From Chryseobacterium sp. (lineage in GTDB: Bacteria; Bacteroidota; Bacteroidia; Flavobacteriales; Weeksellaceae): 41,223 bases of DNA. Under the pieces are notes generated by a model. It saw only the letters and a program-made list of their open reading frames with translations, had not been told where the DNA came from and searched no databases. A program made the position numbers and the translations under genes. Each line of letters begins with the position of its first letter. Position 1 is the stretch's first letter. Positions 29,542 to 38,094 of this stretch are shown here, piece after piece. The stretch covers positions 1 through 41,223 of the forward strand of contig JADMKO010000024.1 of NCBI GenBank assembly GCA_015478785.1. Direction: 5' to 3'.

Positions 29542-31686
29542 ATGGCAGTTTTAGCGGAAATTAGAAAAAGATCATGGTTGCTTATTGGGCTGATCGCATT
29601 TGCATTATTAGCATTCTTGCTGACACCCGACCAGTTTGATCAAATTTTTAGTAAAAATCCAAACATACTCGGGAAGGTAAATGGCGAAACAGTTACCAGA
29701 GAAGAATACAGTGATCAGCTGTATGTCTTGCAGCAGCAGGCTCAGCAACAAGGTCAGTCGGGCACAGGTTTAGAAGAGCAGGCCTGGCAAATGATGGTGC
29801 AAAGCAAACTCATCAAACAACAGTTTGAAAAAATGGGACTGCAAATGACCGATGATTTCTTCTATAGCCAATTGCAGTTCGATCCTATGTTCGCCCAAAA
29901 TCAGCAGAATTTTGACGAAAAAGGAAACTTCAGGCTGCAGGAAATTAAAAAACAAATCGCTGATTTTCAGAATAGTGGCGATCTTCAGGCTTACAACCAA
30001 TGGATGAAAACCAGAAAAGCCATCGAATACCGAATGATGGCAAGACAGCTTTTTGCCAATATTACCACCGGAATTACTACCGGAAAAAAAGAAGCTGAGG
30101 AGCTGATGAAGCAACGCGATCAGTTGGCAGATATTGATTTTGTAAAAGTAGATTACGGAACATTTCTGCAAAAAAATCCAATAAAAGTAACTACTGCAGA
30201 TCTTGCCAATTATATCAAACAATATCCTTTAACTTATAAAGCGGATCCAAGTGTGAACTTAGGGGTAGTTTATTTTCCTTCTATGCCCAGCAAGGCGGAT
30301 GAAGATGCTTCAATGAATGACATTACCAACTTGCTTTCCGGGCAGTCAGATGCCAGCGGCGTAGCGGAAAACTTTCAAAACACAACAAACGATTCCATGT
30401 TTGTCATGCTGAATTCTGAATTGCCTTTTGATTCCAGATATTTAAGCGAAAATCAACTGCCGCCAGCCATCAGAGAATGGGTGAAAACAGCATCTACTGG
30501 CCAGATCAACGGGCCTTATAGAGAACAAGATGTCTTGGTACTTACCAAATTATTAGATAAAAAACCATCGGATTCCGTATTATCAAAGCATATACTTATC
30601 GCTTATGAAGGATCCGAGCGTTCTACTGCAACACGTAAAAAAGAAGAAGCTAAGAAAATTGCGGACAGTTTGTATGCGGTAATTAAAGGAAATCCTGTGG
30701 CTTTTGCTGAAGGCCTTAAGTTATCCGACGAACCGGGTGCCGTGGAAAGAAACGGAAGTGTAGGTTGGGTTACTCCTTCCTCGCCTTTTGATCCTGCTTA
30801 CATGAAATTCCTTTTGAATAACCCTAAAGGTGCCACCAGTGTAGTGGAGTCCGCTTTTGGTTATCATATCATCAATATTGAAGATAAGAAATCAGGAACG
30901 ATGGGTTACAAGCTTGCCCATATTGTGAAAGGACTAACAGCTTCAGACGCCACTGAAACAGAAGTCGACAAAAATGCTAGAAGATTTATTCAGCAAGTAC
31001 AAGGAAAAACGTTTAACGATTTTGCTAATCTTGCCAAAAAATCCAACTATAATTTCAGCAATGCTAAGTCTGTAAAAAGATTTGACGGACAAATTCAAGG
31101 GTTAGGAACTCCAAAAGACAACGAAATTATTTCCTGGGCTTATGATAAAAAAAGAAAAAAAGGCGATACTGAATTCTTTGTAGTAGAAGGTAGCGGCGAC
31201 AGAGTAGTCGTTATTATGAACGGAAAACAGGAAAAAGGCTTAGCAGATCCGGAATCTGTGAGGGATCAAATAGAACCGATTGTGAAAAACCAACTGGCTG
31301 CGAAAAAAATTATCGAAAAAATGAAAAGCGGAAATGCAACCGGACTTGCTCAGGTAGCAAAACTGTTCGGAACGACACAACAATCCGGACAAATTAACCT
31401 TCTGAACCCACAAATTGCCGGAGCGATGGAACCGAAAGTTGCTGGAGCCGCATTCGGGGTAGCGAAAGGAAAAACTTCAAATCCCGTCGAAGGTGCAACT
31501 GGGGTGTATGTTTTGGTGAAGAAATCTGAAACGGTGAATAAGCAGCCTGGAGATATCAAACAAATGACAGAATCTATTTCAGGACAAAATGCAAGTATGT
31601 TCGGGCAGGCATTCCTGAAAAGTTTACAGGATAATGCAGACATAAAAGACTACCGAATTGAAGTCTGGGACAAAGGTTTTCAATAA
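29542..31686 (+). CDS. Membrane-anchored periplasmic chaperone/PPIase (PpiD/SurA_N plus parvulin)
   Basis: N-terminal TM, GKVNGE SurA_N start, parvulin motifs KHILIAY and SAFGYHII. Confidence 0.88.
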   Translation: MAVLAEIRKRSWLLIGLIAFALLAFLLTPDQFDQIFSKNPNILGKVNGETVTREEYSDQLYVLQQQAQQQGQSGTGLEEQAWQMMVQSKLIKQQFEKMGLQMTDDFFYSQLQFDPMFAQNQQNFDEKGNFRLQEIKKQIADFQNSGDLQAYNQWMKTRKAIEYRMMARQLFANITTGITTGKKEAEELMKQRDQLADIDFVKVDYGTFLQKNPIKVTTADLANYIKQYPLTYKADPSVNLGVVYFPSMPSKADEDASMNDITNLLSGQSDASGVAENFQNTTNDSMFVMLNSELPFDSRYLSENQLPPAIREWVKTASTGQINGPYREQDVLVLTKLLDKKPSDSVLSKHILIAYEGSERSTATRKKEEAKKIADSLYAVIKGNPVAFAEGLKLSDEPGAVERNGSVGWVTPSSPFDPAYMKFLLNNPKGATSVVESAFGYHIINIEDKKSGTMGYKLAHIVKGLTASDATETEVDKNARRFIQQVQGKTFNDFANLAKKSNYNFSNAKSVKRFDGQIQGLGTPKDNEIISWAYDKKRKKGDTEFFVVEGSGDRVVVIMNGKQEKGLADPESVRDQIEPIVKNQLAAKKIIEKMKSGNATGLAQVAKLFGTTQQSGQINLLNPQIAGAMEPKVAGAAFGVAKGKTSNPVEGATGVYVLVKKSETVNKQPGDIKQMTESISGQNASMFGQAFLKSLQDNADIKDYRIEVWDKGFQ

Positions 31687-31696
31687 CAAATGAAAG

Positions 31697-31722
31697 AGCG
31701 GCAACCAATTGCCGCTTTTTTT
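31697..31722 (+). terminator. Intrinsic terminator after the PpiD-like gene
   Basis: Stem agcggcaa/ttgccgct followed by a T run. Confidence 0.85.
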
Positions 31723-31745
31723 ATTTTGATAAACATTTAAAATCT

Positions 31746-31753
31746 TATATTTG
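31746..31753 (+). promoter_or_regulatory. sigmaA -7 element (TATATTTG) for the MCE/Fe-S operon
   Basis: TAnnTTTG match between the terminator and the ATG at 31778. Confidence 0.6.
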
Positions 31754-31777
31754 TTCCCGTAAAATTTTTTATTCTCA

Positions 31778-32728
31778 ATGAAAATAACAAAAGAAATAAA
31801 AGCAGGTTTTATTGCCGTTCTGGCCATTGTAGGATTTGTTTTACTATTCCAGTTTATGAAAGGAAAAAGTCTTTTCACTACAGATAATGTTTTCTATGCA
31901 AAATATGATAATGTAGAAGGACTCACTGCGTCCAGCCCGGTTTCTATTAACGGACTGAAAGTAGGCAAAGTAGACCAGATAATTCCTATTTCCAAAACCA
32001 ACGGAGATATTCATTTCGTGGTGAAACTCCTGGTACATGACGATTTTCAGTTTTCTACGCAGTCAACTGTGGAGATTTTTGAACCGGGAATCATGTCAGC
32101 CAAAGAAATGAAAATCAATCTGGTTTCCGGCCCAACGATGGCAAAAGACGGAGATACCCTGAAAGGTTCCTTCAAAATGTCGATGCTGAATAATATTTCC
32201 TCGCAGGTAGGCCCGGTGAAAGATCAGGTTCAGGAAGTACTGAAACGGGTTGATTCCCTCACCACCAATGCCAATAAGATTTTTGATGATCAGAATCGTG
32301 CAGAAATCAGAGCATTACTCATGAATCTGAACAGAACAGTATCAGCTCTGGAAGGAACTTCAGGTAGTGTGAATACCTTAATTGCAAACAGCGATCCCAG
32401 AGTGCAAAGGGTTTTGGATAATGCTAATGAAGCCATGATTTCTGCCAATGTTGCTGTGGATAAATATGGAAACCTCGCCGAAAGTATTGATACCAAAAAG
32501 CTCAACAGCACCATTAATAATCTTGATCTTACCGTTAGCAAACTTAATGATGTTATTGTTGGCATTGAAAACGGACAGGGAAGTTTAGGAAAACTCGCAA
32601 AAGATGAGCAACTTTACAACAATCTTCAGGAAACTTCTAAAAACCTGAATGAACTGGTGTTGGATTTGAAAGCCAACCCGAAAAGATACCTTAACTTCTC
32701 GGTTTTTGGGAAAAACAGTAAAGATTAA
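31778..32728 (+). CDS. MCE/MlaD family protein with long helical C-terminal region
   Basis: N-terminal TM, VEGL...PVSINGLKVGKV MCE motif, heptad-rich region, GSLGKL...LYNNL, NPKRY. Confidence 0.9.
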   Translation: MKITKEIKAGFIAVLAIVGFVLLFQFMKGKSLFTTDNVFYAKYDNVEGLTASSPVSINGLKVGKVDQIIPISKTNGDIHFVVKLLVHDDFQFSTQSTVEIFEPGIMSAKEMKINLVSGPTMAKDGDTLKGSFKMSMLNNISSQVGPVKDQVQEVLKRVDSLTTNANKIFDDQNRAEIRALLMNLNRTVSALEGTSGSVNTLIANSDPRVQRVLDNANEAMISANVAVDKYGNLAESIDTKKLNSTINNLDLTVSKLNDVIVGIENGQGSLGKLAKDEQLYNNLQETSKNLNELVLDLKANPKRYLNFSVFGKNSKD

Positions 32729-32739
32729 ACATCTTCAGA

Positions 32740-34074
32740 ATGGCGTATATTGATAATATTCTGTTTGTAGTACTGCTGATTGTAGGATTCGGCCTCTTTT
32801 TTAAAAGCCTCAAAGAAATCTACAGAAACATACAGTTAGGAAAAAAAATAAACCGCTCCGACCGTAAAAATGAGCGCTGGGCGTTAATGGCCAATGTCGC
32901 ATTGGGACAAAGTAAAATGGGAGCCAGGCCGGTTGCCGGTTTCCTCCACGTTCTGGTTTATGTAGGGTTTATTATTGTCAATATCGAATTAATCGAAATT
33001 ATTGTAGACGGAATCTTCGGGACACACCGTTTTTTAGCCGGAGTTTTGGGTGCTACATTTTATAATGCGCTGACTTCAGTTTTAGAAGTGATGGCCTTTT
33101 TAGTGATTATTGCAGTAGTTTTGTTTTTCATTAGAAGAAATTTCTATGGCGTAAAACGGTTGACCATGAAGGAACTTTTCGGTTGGCCAAAGAATGATGC
33201 CAACTGGATTCTGATCATTGAATTTCTGCTGATGGTTGCATTTTTCACGATGAACGCTACCGATGCTATTCTTCAGCAAAGAGAAGTATATGCACAACAC
33301 GGTTTTTTTCCGGTTTCTCAAAACCTGATTGTTCCCCTTTATGAATGGTTTAGTTTTGGCGATGGATTTATTTTATTTGTTGAAAGAGCAGCTTGGTGGT
33401 TTCATTTCATCGGCATTCTTTTTTTCATGAATTATTTGTATTATTCCAAACATCTTCATATTATTTTTGCCTTTCCGAATACATGGTTTGCCAATCTGGA
33501 ACCAAAGGGAAAACTGAACAATCTGGAATCAGTAACCAAAGAAATAAAACTGATGATGGATCCTAATGCGGATCCGTACGCGGCACCACCGGAAGCAGAT
33601 CCGAATTCGGTACCGGAAAAATTCGGAGCGAGCGATATTTTTGATTTGAACCAGATACAGTTGCTGAACGCTTACACTTGCACCGAATGCGGAAGGTGTA
33701 CCGCCGTTTGTCCGGCCAATATTACCGGGAAAAAGCTTTCTCCGCGGAAAATCATGATGGATACCCGGGACAGAGTAGAGGAAGTTGGAAAAAATATTAA
33801 TAAAAACGGAAAATTCATTGATGATGGCAGGAAACTTTTGGATGATCATATCACCAGAGAAGAACTTCGTGCTTGCACTACTTGCAACGCCTGTGTAGAA
33901 GCTTGTCCTGTGCTTATCGATCCGCTTTCTATCATTATGGATCTGAGAAGATTTATGATCATGGAGGAATCTTCAGCGCCACAGGAATGGAATCTTATGT
34001 TCCAGAATATTGAAAATAATGCTGCTCCGTGGCAATACAGTCAGGCTGACCGTCTGAATTGGGCAAATGATTAA
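32740..34074 (+). CDS. Membrane Fe-S oxidoreductase subunit (TM/haem-b-like domain plus 2x[4Fe-4S])
   Basis: About 5 TM helices with His residues; CTECGRCTAVCP and CTTCNACVEACP. Confidence 0.88.
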   Translation: MAYIDNILFVVLLIVGFGLFFKSLKEIYRNIQLGKKINRSDRKNERWALMANVALGQSKMGARPVAGFLHVLVYVGFIIVNIELIEIIVDGIFGTHRFLAGVLGATFYNALTSVLEVMAFLVIIAVVLFFIRRNFYGVKRLTMKELFGWPKNDANWILIIEFLLMVAFFTMNATDAILQQREVYAQHGFFPVSQNLIVPLYEWFSFGDGFILFVERAAWWFHFIGILFFMNYLYYSKHLHIIFAFPNTWFANLEPKGKLNNLESVTKEIKLMMDPNADPYAAPPEADPNSVPEKFGASDIFDLNQIQLLNAYTCTECGRCTAVCPANITGKKLSPRKIMMDTRDRVEEVGKNINKNGKFIDDGRKLLDDHITREELRACTTCNACVEACPVLIDPLSIIMDLRRFMIMEESSAPQEWNLMFQNIENNAAPWQYSQADRLNWAND

Positions 34075-34126
34075 TTTGTCATAAAAAATAAAAAAAATAT
34101 TATTCTGATTTTAACAGACAGAAACA

Positions 34127-34900
34127 ATGCAAATTAAAACAATGGCAGAATATACTGCCGAAGGAAAATCACCAGAAGTACTTTTCTGGGTTGGATGCGC
34201 AGGAAGCTTTGATGATCGCGCCAAAAAAATAACCCGTGCTTTTTGCAAAATATTAGATAAAATAGGAGTGGAATTCGCGGTTCTCGGCCCTGAAGAAAGT
34301 TGTACCGGAGATCCCGCAAAACGAGCCGGAAATGAATTCGTTTTTCAGATGATGGCGATGACGAATATTGAAATTCTGAACGCTTACGAAGTTAAAAAAA
34401 TCGTTACTGCATGTCCGCACTGTTTTAATATCATCAAAAATGAATATCCTGAGTTGGGCGGAGTTTATGAAGTGGTACATCATACGCAGTTCCTGAAACA
34501 GCTTATGCAGGAAGGAAGATTGAAAATAGAAGGCGGAAAGTTTGAAGGAAAAAAAATAACTTTTCATGATCCCTGTTATCTGGGACGCGCCAATGGTGAG
34601 TATGAAGCTCCCCGGAATCTCCTCCAGAAACTGGATGCGGAACTGGTCGAAATGAAGCGTTGTAAAAGTAACGGATTGTGCTGTGGAGCAGGAGGTGCTC
34701 AAATGTTTAAAGAGCCTGAGAAAGGAAGGAAAGACATTAATGTAGAGCGTACAGAAGAAGCATTAGCGGAAAACCCCAATATCATCGCAACAGGTTGCCC
34801 GTTTTGTATGACCATGATGACGGATGGTGTGAAACATGTAAATAGCGATGTTCAGGTAAAGGATATTGCGGAACTCATTGCGGAAGCAGAAGATTTATAA
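34127..34900 (+). CDS. CCG-domain Fe-S protein (HdrB/GlpC-like)
   Basis: WVGC...SCTG...TACPHC and HDPC...CCGAGG...GCPFC. Confidence 0.9.
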   Translation: MQIKTMAEYTAEGKSPEVLFWVGCAGSFDDRAKKITRAFCKILDKIGVEFAVLGPEESCTGDPAKRAGNEFVFQMMAMTNIEILNAYEVKKIVTACPHCFNIIKNEYPELGGVYEVVHHTQFLKQLMQEGRLKIEGGKFEGKKITFHDPCYLGRANGEYEAPRNLLQKLDAELVEMKRCKSNGLCCGAGGAQMFKEPEKGRKDINVERTEEALAENPNIIATGCPFCMTMMTDGVKHVNSDVQVKDIAELIAEAEDL

Positions 34901-34902
34901 AA

Positions 34903-35394
34903 ATGAAAATAGAAGAATCAGATATCATAGAAACCAACGATTATAAAGTGCTTATATATCCTGCTTCCAGAGCCTTTACGGCAAAGGAAAGCAAGACCAT
35001 TGCAGAAAAATTATACGACTTTCTGGGAACTTGGGCAGCTCATGGCAATCCGCTTTCGTCTTCGTTTAAGATTGAAAAAAACCAGTTTATTATTATTGTG
35101 GTAGATGAAGAAAAGGAAATGACTTCGGGATGTTCTATCGATTCTCTGAATGGCATCATGCGCGAACTTGATAATGAGTTTCAACTCGGTTTATTTGATA
35201 GAATGAAAGCCAGCTATGTAGAAAATGGCGAGGTGAAAACCATGAAACTTCAGGATTTCAGACAGGCAGTTAAAAACAACGAAATTTCCAAAGATATCGA
35301 AGTTTTCGATTTTTCCAAAGATACTTACATCAGTTTCCTTTCAGATTTTCTTTTGCCATTACAAAGAAGCTGGGCCGGAATTTACGTACAGTAA
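34903..35394 (+). CDS. Conserved Bacteroidota hypothetical protein (WxxHG / SGCSID)
   Basis: Starts 2 nt after the CCG gene; WAAHGNPL, TSGCSIDS, LFDRM; no Walker motifs. Confidence 0.8.
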   Translation: MKIEESDIIETNDYKVLIYPASRAFTAKESKTIAEKLYDFLGTWAAHGNPLSSSFKIEKNQFIIIVVDEEKEMTSGCSIDSLNGIMRELDNEFQLGLFDRMKASYVENGEVKTMKLQDFRQAVKNNEISKDIEVFDFSKDTYISFLSDFLLPLQRSWAGIYVQ

Positions 35395-35410
35395 TAAAGA
35401 ATTTGAAAAT

Positions 35411-35444
35411 AAAATAAAAGGCTGTTTCCTGAGAGACAGCCTTT
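35411..35444. terminator. Intrinsic terminator between convergent 34903..35394 and trpS
   Basis: Stem aaaggctgtttc/gagacagccttt (35417..35444) with an adjacent A tract. Confidence 0.8.
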
Positions 35445-35453
35445 CACTATTAT

Positions 35454-36422
35454 TTACATTCCTAGAGTTTCCCGAACTCTTTTCAGTGTTTCAGCAGCTA
35501 TTTTGCGGGTTTTTTCAGCACCTTCCAATAGTTTTGCATCCAGTTCCGGAAGGTGATTCATATAATAATCAAATTGTTCTCTTTCGATTTTGAACCGTTC
35601 CATGATTAAATTCAGAAGTTCAGTTTTGGCGTGCCCGTACCCGAAATTTCCGGCCAGATATTTCCGCCTCAGTTCTCCCGTTTGCTCGGCTGTCGCAATG
35701 AGTTCGTAGATTGCAAAAACTTTGTCTGTAGCGGGATCTTTCGGTTCTTCCATAGATTTGGAATCTGTTTCAATGCCCATTACCTGTTTTTTCAGTTGCT
35801 TTTCAGGAAGGAAAATGTTAATGATATTCCCTCTGGATTTCGACATTTTATTTCCATCAGTTCCCGGAACATATTTAGTGTCTTCCTGAAGTTCTGCTTT
35901 CGGCAGCACGAAAACATCGCCCATTTGATGGTTAAATCTCGCTCCCATATCTCTCGCCATTTCCAGATGTTGCAACTGGTCTTTCCCTACCGGAACAATT
36001 TCGGCATCGTACAGTAAAATATCTGCAGCCATCAGAACAGGATAAGTGAAAAGTCCGGCATTCACATCCTCCAGGCGGTCTGCTTTGTCTTTAAAAGAAT
36101 GAGCAAGGGTCAGCCTTTGATAAGGAAAAAAGCACGAAAGATACCAGGAAAGCTCGCACACTTCGGGAATGTCGCTTTGTCTGTAGAAATACGTTTTTTC
36201 AGTATTTAATCCGCAAGCCAGCCACGCTGCAGCAATTTCGTAGGTATTTCTTTTCAATTCCTCAGCATTTTTAATCTGGGTTAAAGAATGCATGTTGGCA
36301 ATGAACAGGAAAGATTCGTTTTCCGGTTTCTTTGAAAGTTCTATCGCAGGGATAATCGCACCCAGAAGGTTTCCCAGATGTGGCGTTCCTGTGGCCTGAA
36401 TTCCGGTAAGGATTCGTGACAT
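35454..36422 (-). CDS. trpS: Tryptophanyl-tRNA synthetase
   Basis: TGIQATGTPHLGN, YPVLMAADIL, VPVGKDQ, KMSKS. Confidence 0.98.
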   Translation of the reverse strand: MSRILTGIQATGTPHLGNLLGAIIPAIELSKKPENESFLFIANMHSLTQIKNAEELKRNTYEIAAAWLACGLNTEKTYFYRQSDIPEVCELSWYLSCFFPYQRLTLAHSFKDKADRLEDVNAGLFTYPVLMAADILLYDAEIVPVGKDQLQHLEMARDMGARFNHQMGDVFVLPKAELQEDTKYVPGTDGNKMSKSRGNIINIFLPEKQLKKQVMGIETDSKSMEEPKDPATDKVFAIYELIATAEQTGELRRKYLAGNFGYGHAKTELLNLIMERFKIEREQFDYYMNHLPELDAKLLEGAEKTRKIAAETLKRVRETLGM

Positions 36423-36466
36423 AAAATTGAAATTTGCGGTTACTTGAAATGATTTGCGAAAATAAG

Positions 36467-36500
36467 AAAAACAAAAACTTCAGGCAATTCCCTGAAGTTT
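36467..36500 (-). terminator. Intrinsic terminator after lspA
   Basis: 10-bp stem aaacttcagg/cctgaagttt with a T-rich tail on the minus strand. Confidence 0.8.
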
Positions 36501-36524
36501 CATATTTAGTTATGAATATAAATT

Positions 36525-37172
36525 CTAAAAATCCAGTCCGTTCGGGAAAGCCTTTTTTCTGAAAATAAGCAGTAAAGCTGCACCTACAGAAATGGCGGCA
36601 TCGGCAACATTGAAGATATATTTGAAAAATTCAATTTGTTTGCCACCCAGCAAAGGCCAGCTGTCCGGCACCGTCCAATCAATCAGGGGAAAATGCAGCA
36701 TATCTACCACGCAACCCTTCATAAAAGAGGAATATCCTTCCCCGAAAGGAACTACTTTGGAAACTCCGCCATATTCAATCCACCGGTTCACGCTTTCGTC
36801 GTACACTGTACCACTGTCGAAGATCAATCCGTAAAACATTCCGTCGATCAGGTTGCCAATGGCTCCGGCGAAAATCATCGCCATCGGGATCAGCAAATAA
36901 TTGGTGGTGATGCCTTGCTTTTTCCATTTCATGAAAAGATAAATCATCCCTCCGATAAGAAAAAGGCGAACAATTACCAAAAAGTATTTTCCTAATAATC
37001 CTCCAAAATGAAACCCGTAAGCCATCCCTGGATTTTCTACAAAAGTCATCCGAAACCAGTCCAGTCCCATTACGGAAATACTTTCGCCGTATTGGAAATG
37101 GGTTTTGATGTAAAATTTTGAAGCCTGATCTATTAATAAAATAATGAGGGTAACGAATGCTATTTTCTTCAT
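36525..37172 (-). CDS. lspA: Lipoprotein signal peptidase II
   Basis: DQASK, ENPGMAYG, GAIGNLID, VVDM, FNVAD. Confidence 0.96.
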   Translation of the reverse strand: MKKIAFVTLIILLIDQASKFYIKTHFQYGESISVMGLDWFRMTFVENPGMAYGFHFGGLLGKYFLVIVRLFLIGGMIYLFMKWKKQGITTNYLLIPMAMIFAGAIGNLIDGMFYGLIFDSGTVYDESVNRWIEYGGVSKVVPFGEGYSSFMKGCVVDMLHFPLIDWTVPDSWPLLGGKQIEFFKYIFNVADAAISVGAALLLIFRKKAFPNGLDF

Positions 37173-37291
37173 AATTTGTTGAAAACCGTAAGAGTTTTAA
37201 GATCGAATTTTATTTTTTGAAAATTCTGACCACTTCTTCTTTCTCTTCTTGGTTAATAAGTTTTGTGAGTGAATTTCTCCTCCATTTATCC

Positions 37292-37534
37292 CTATTTTCT
37301 TGAAAGTTCATCGAGCCTCTTTCGATCTTTTTCGGACAAATCATCGATGCCGTTTTCTCCCATTTTACTCAGAAGCTGGTCGATTTCCTTTTGTCTTGAA
37401 ACTTTCTCAGCATTGAATTTGTCGTCAATCGTGTAATTTCTTTCTGCATCGGGCGCAATTTTTTCCTTAATTTCCTTTCGAAAGAAATAGGCGAAAATTA
37501 CCAAAACAGCGAGTATGATGAAGACGGTATTCAA
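37292..37534 (-). CDS. Small membrane-anchored protein (DUF6576-like C-terminus)
   Basis: TTG start, N-terminal TM, EIDQLLSKMGENGIDDLSEKDRKRL. Confidence 0.72.
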   Translation of the reverse strand: MNTVFIILAVLVIFAYFFRKEIKEKIAPDAERNYTIDDKFNAEKVSRQKEIDQLLSKMGENGIDDLSEKDRKRLDELSRK

Positions 37535-37639
37535 ATTTAAAAAGGAAAAAATGTATAAGTTACAAAGTCCGTTTTACAAGAACCAAATAATATGTTTTTG
37601 TACGATATTGTACATTACTTGTTCGTGAGTTTTAGGATT

Positions 37640-38020
37640 TTACCGCTGCATATTTTTCGCCTCGATGCTTAAAGTAGCGTGTGGAACGGCTCTCAAGCGT
37701 TCTTTGGGAATCAGTTTTCCGGTCACTCTGCAAACGCCGTAGGTTTTATTTTCGATGCGGATGAGCGCATGTTTCAGATCGCGGATAAATTTTTCCTGAC
37801 GTCCTGCTAAAATCGCATTTTGTTCCTTGCTCAGGGTTTCTGCACCTTCTTCAAAAGCCTTGAAAGTGGGAGAGGTATCGTCGGTTCCGTTATTCTGGTC
37901 GTTCACGTAATTTTCATTAATCAAAGCCAGATCTTTTTCGGCCTTCTCTATTTTTGCGCTAATTAATTCTTTGAATTCTTTTAAATCAGCATCGCTGTAA
38001 CGCTGTCTTTCTTCTGCCAT
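37640..38020 (-). CDS. TraR/DksA family protein, Bacteroidota type
   Basis: Coiled coil plus ALIRIENKTYGVCRVTGKLIPKERLRAVPHATLSIEAK. Confidence 0.92.
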   Translation of the reverse strand: MAEERQRYSDADLKEFKELISAKIEKAEKDLALINENYVNDQNNGTDDTSPTFKAFEEGAETLSKEQNAILAGRQEKFIRDLKHALIRIENKTYGVCRVTGKLIPKERLRAVPHATLSIEAKNMQR

Positions 38021-38094
38021 GTCTGCAAATTTTCGATGTTGTCTAATTATTTATTTTTTCTCTCTTTGAAAGTGATTCAAGATAAGAAATATTT

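Noticed and set aside
36423-36524. T-box or attenuator upstream of trpS
   Set aside because: Too short, no T-box sequence or Trp leader peptide; the hairpin is explained as the lspA terminator.
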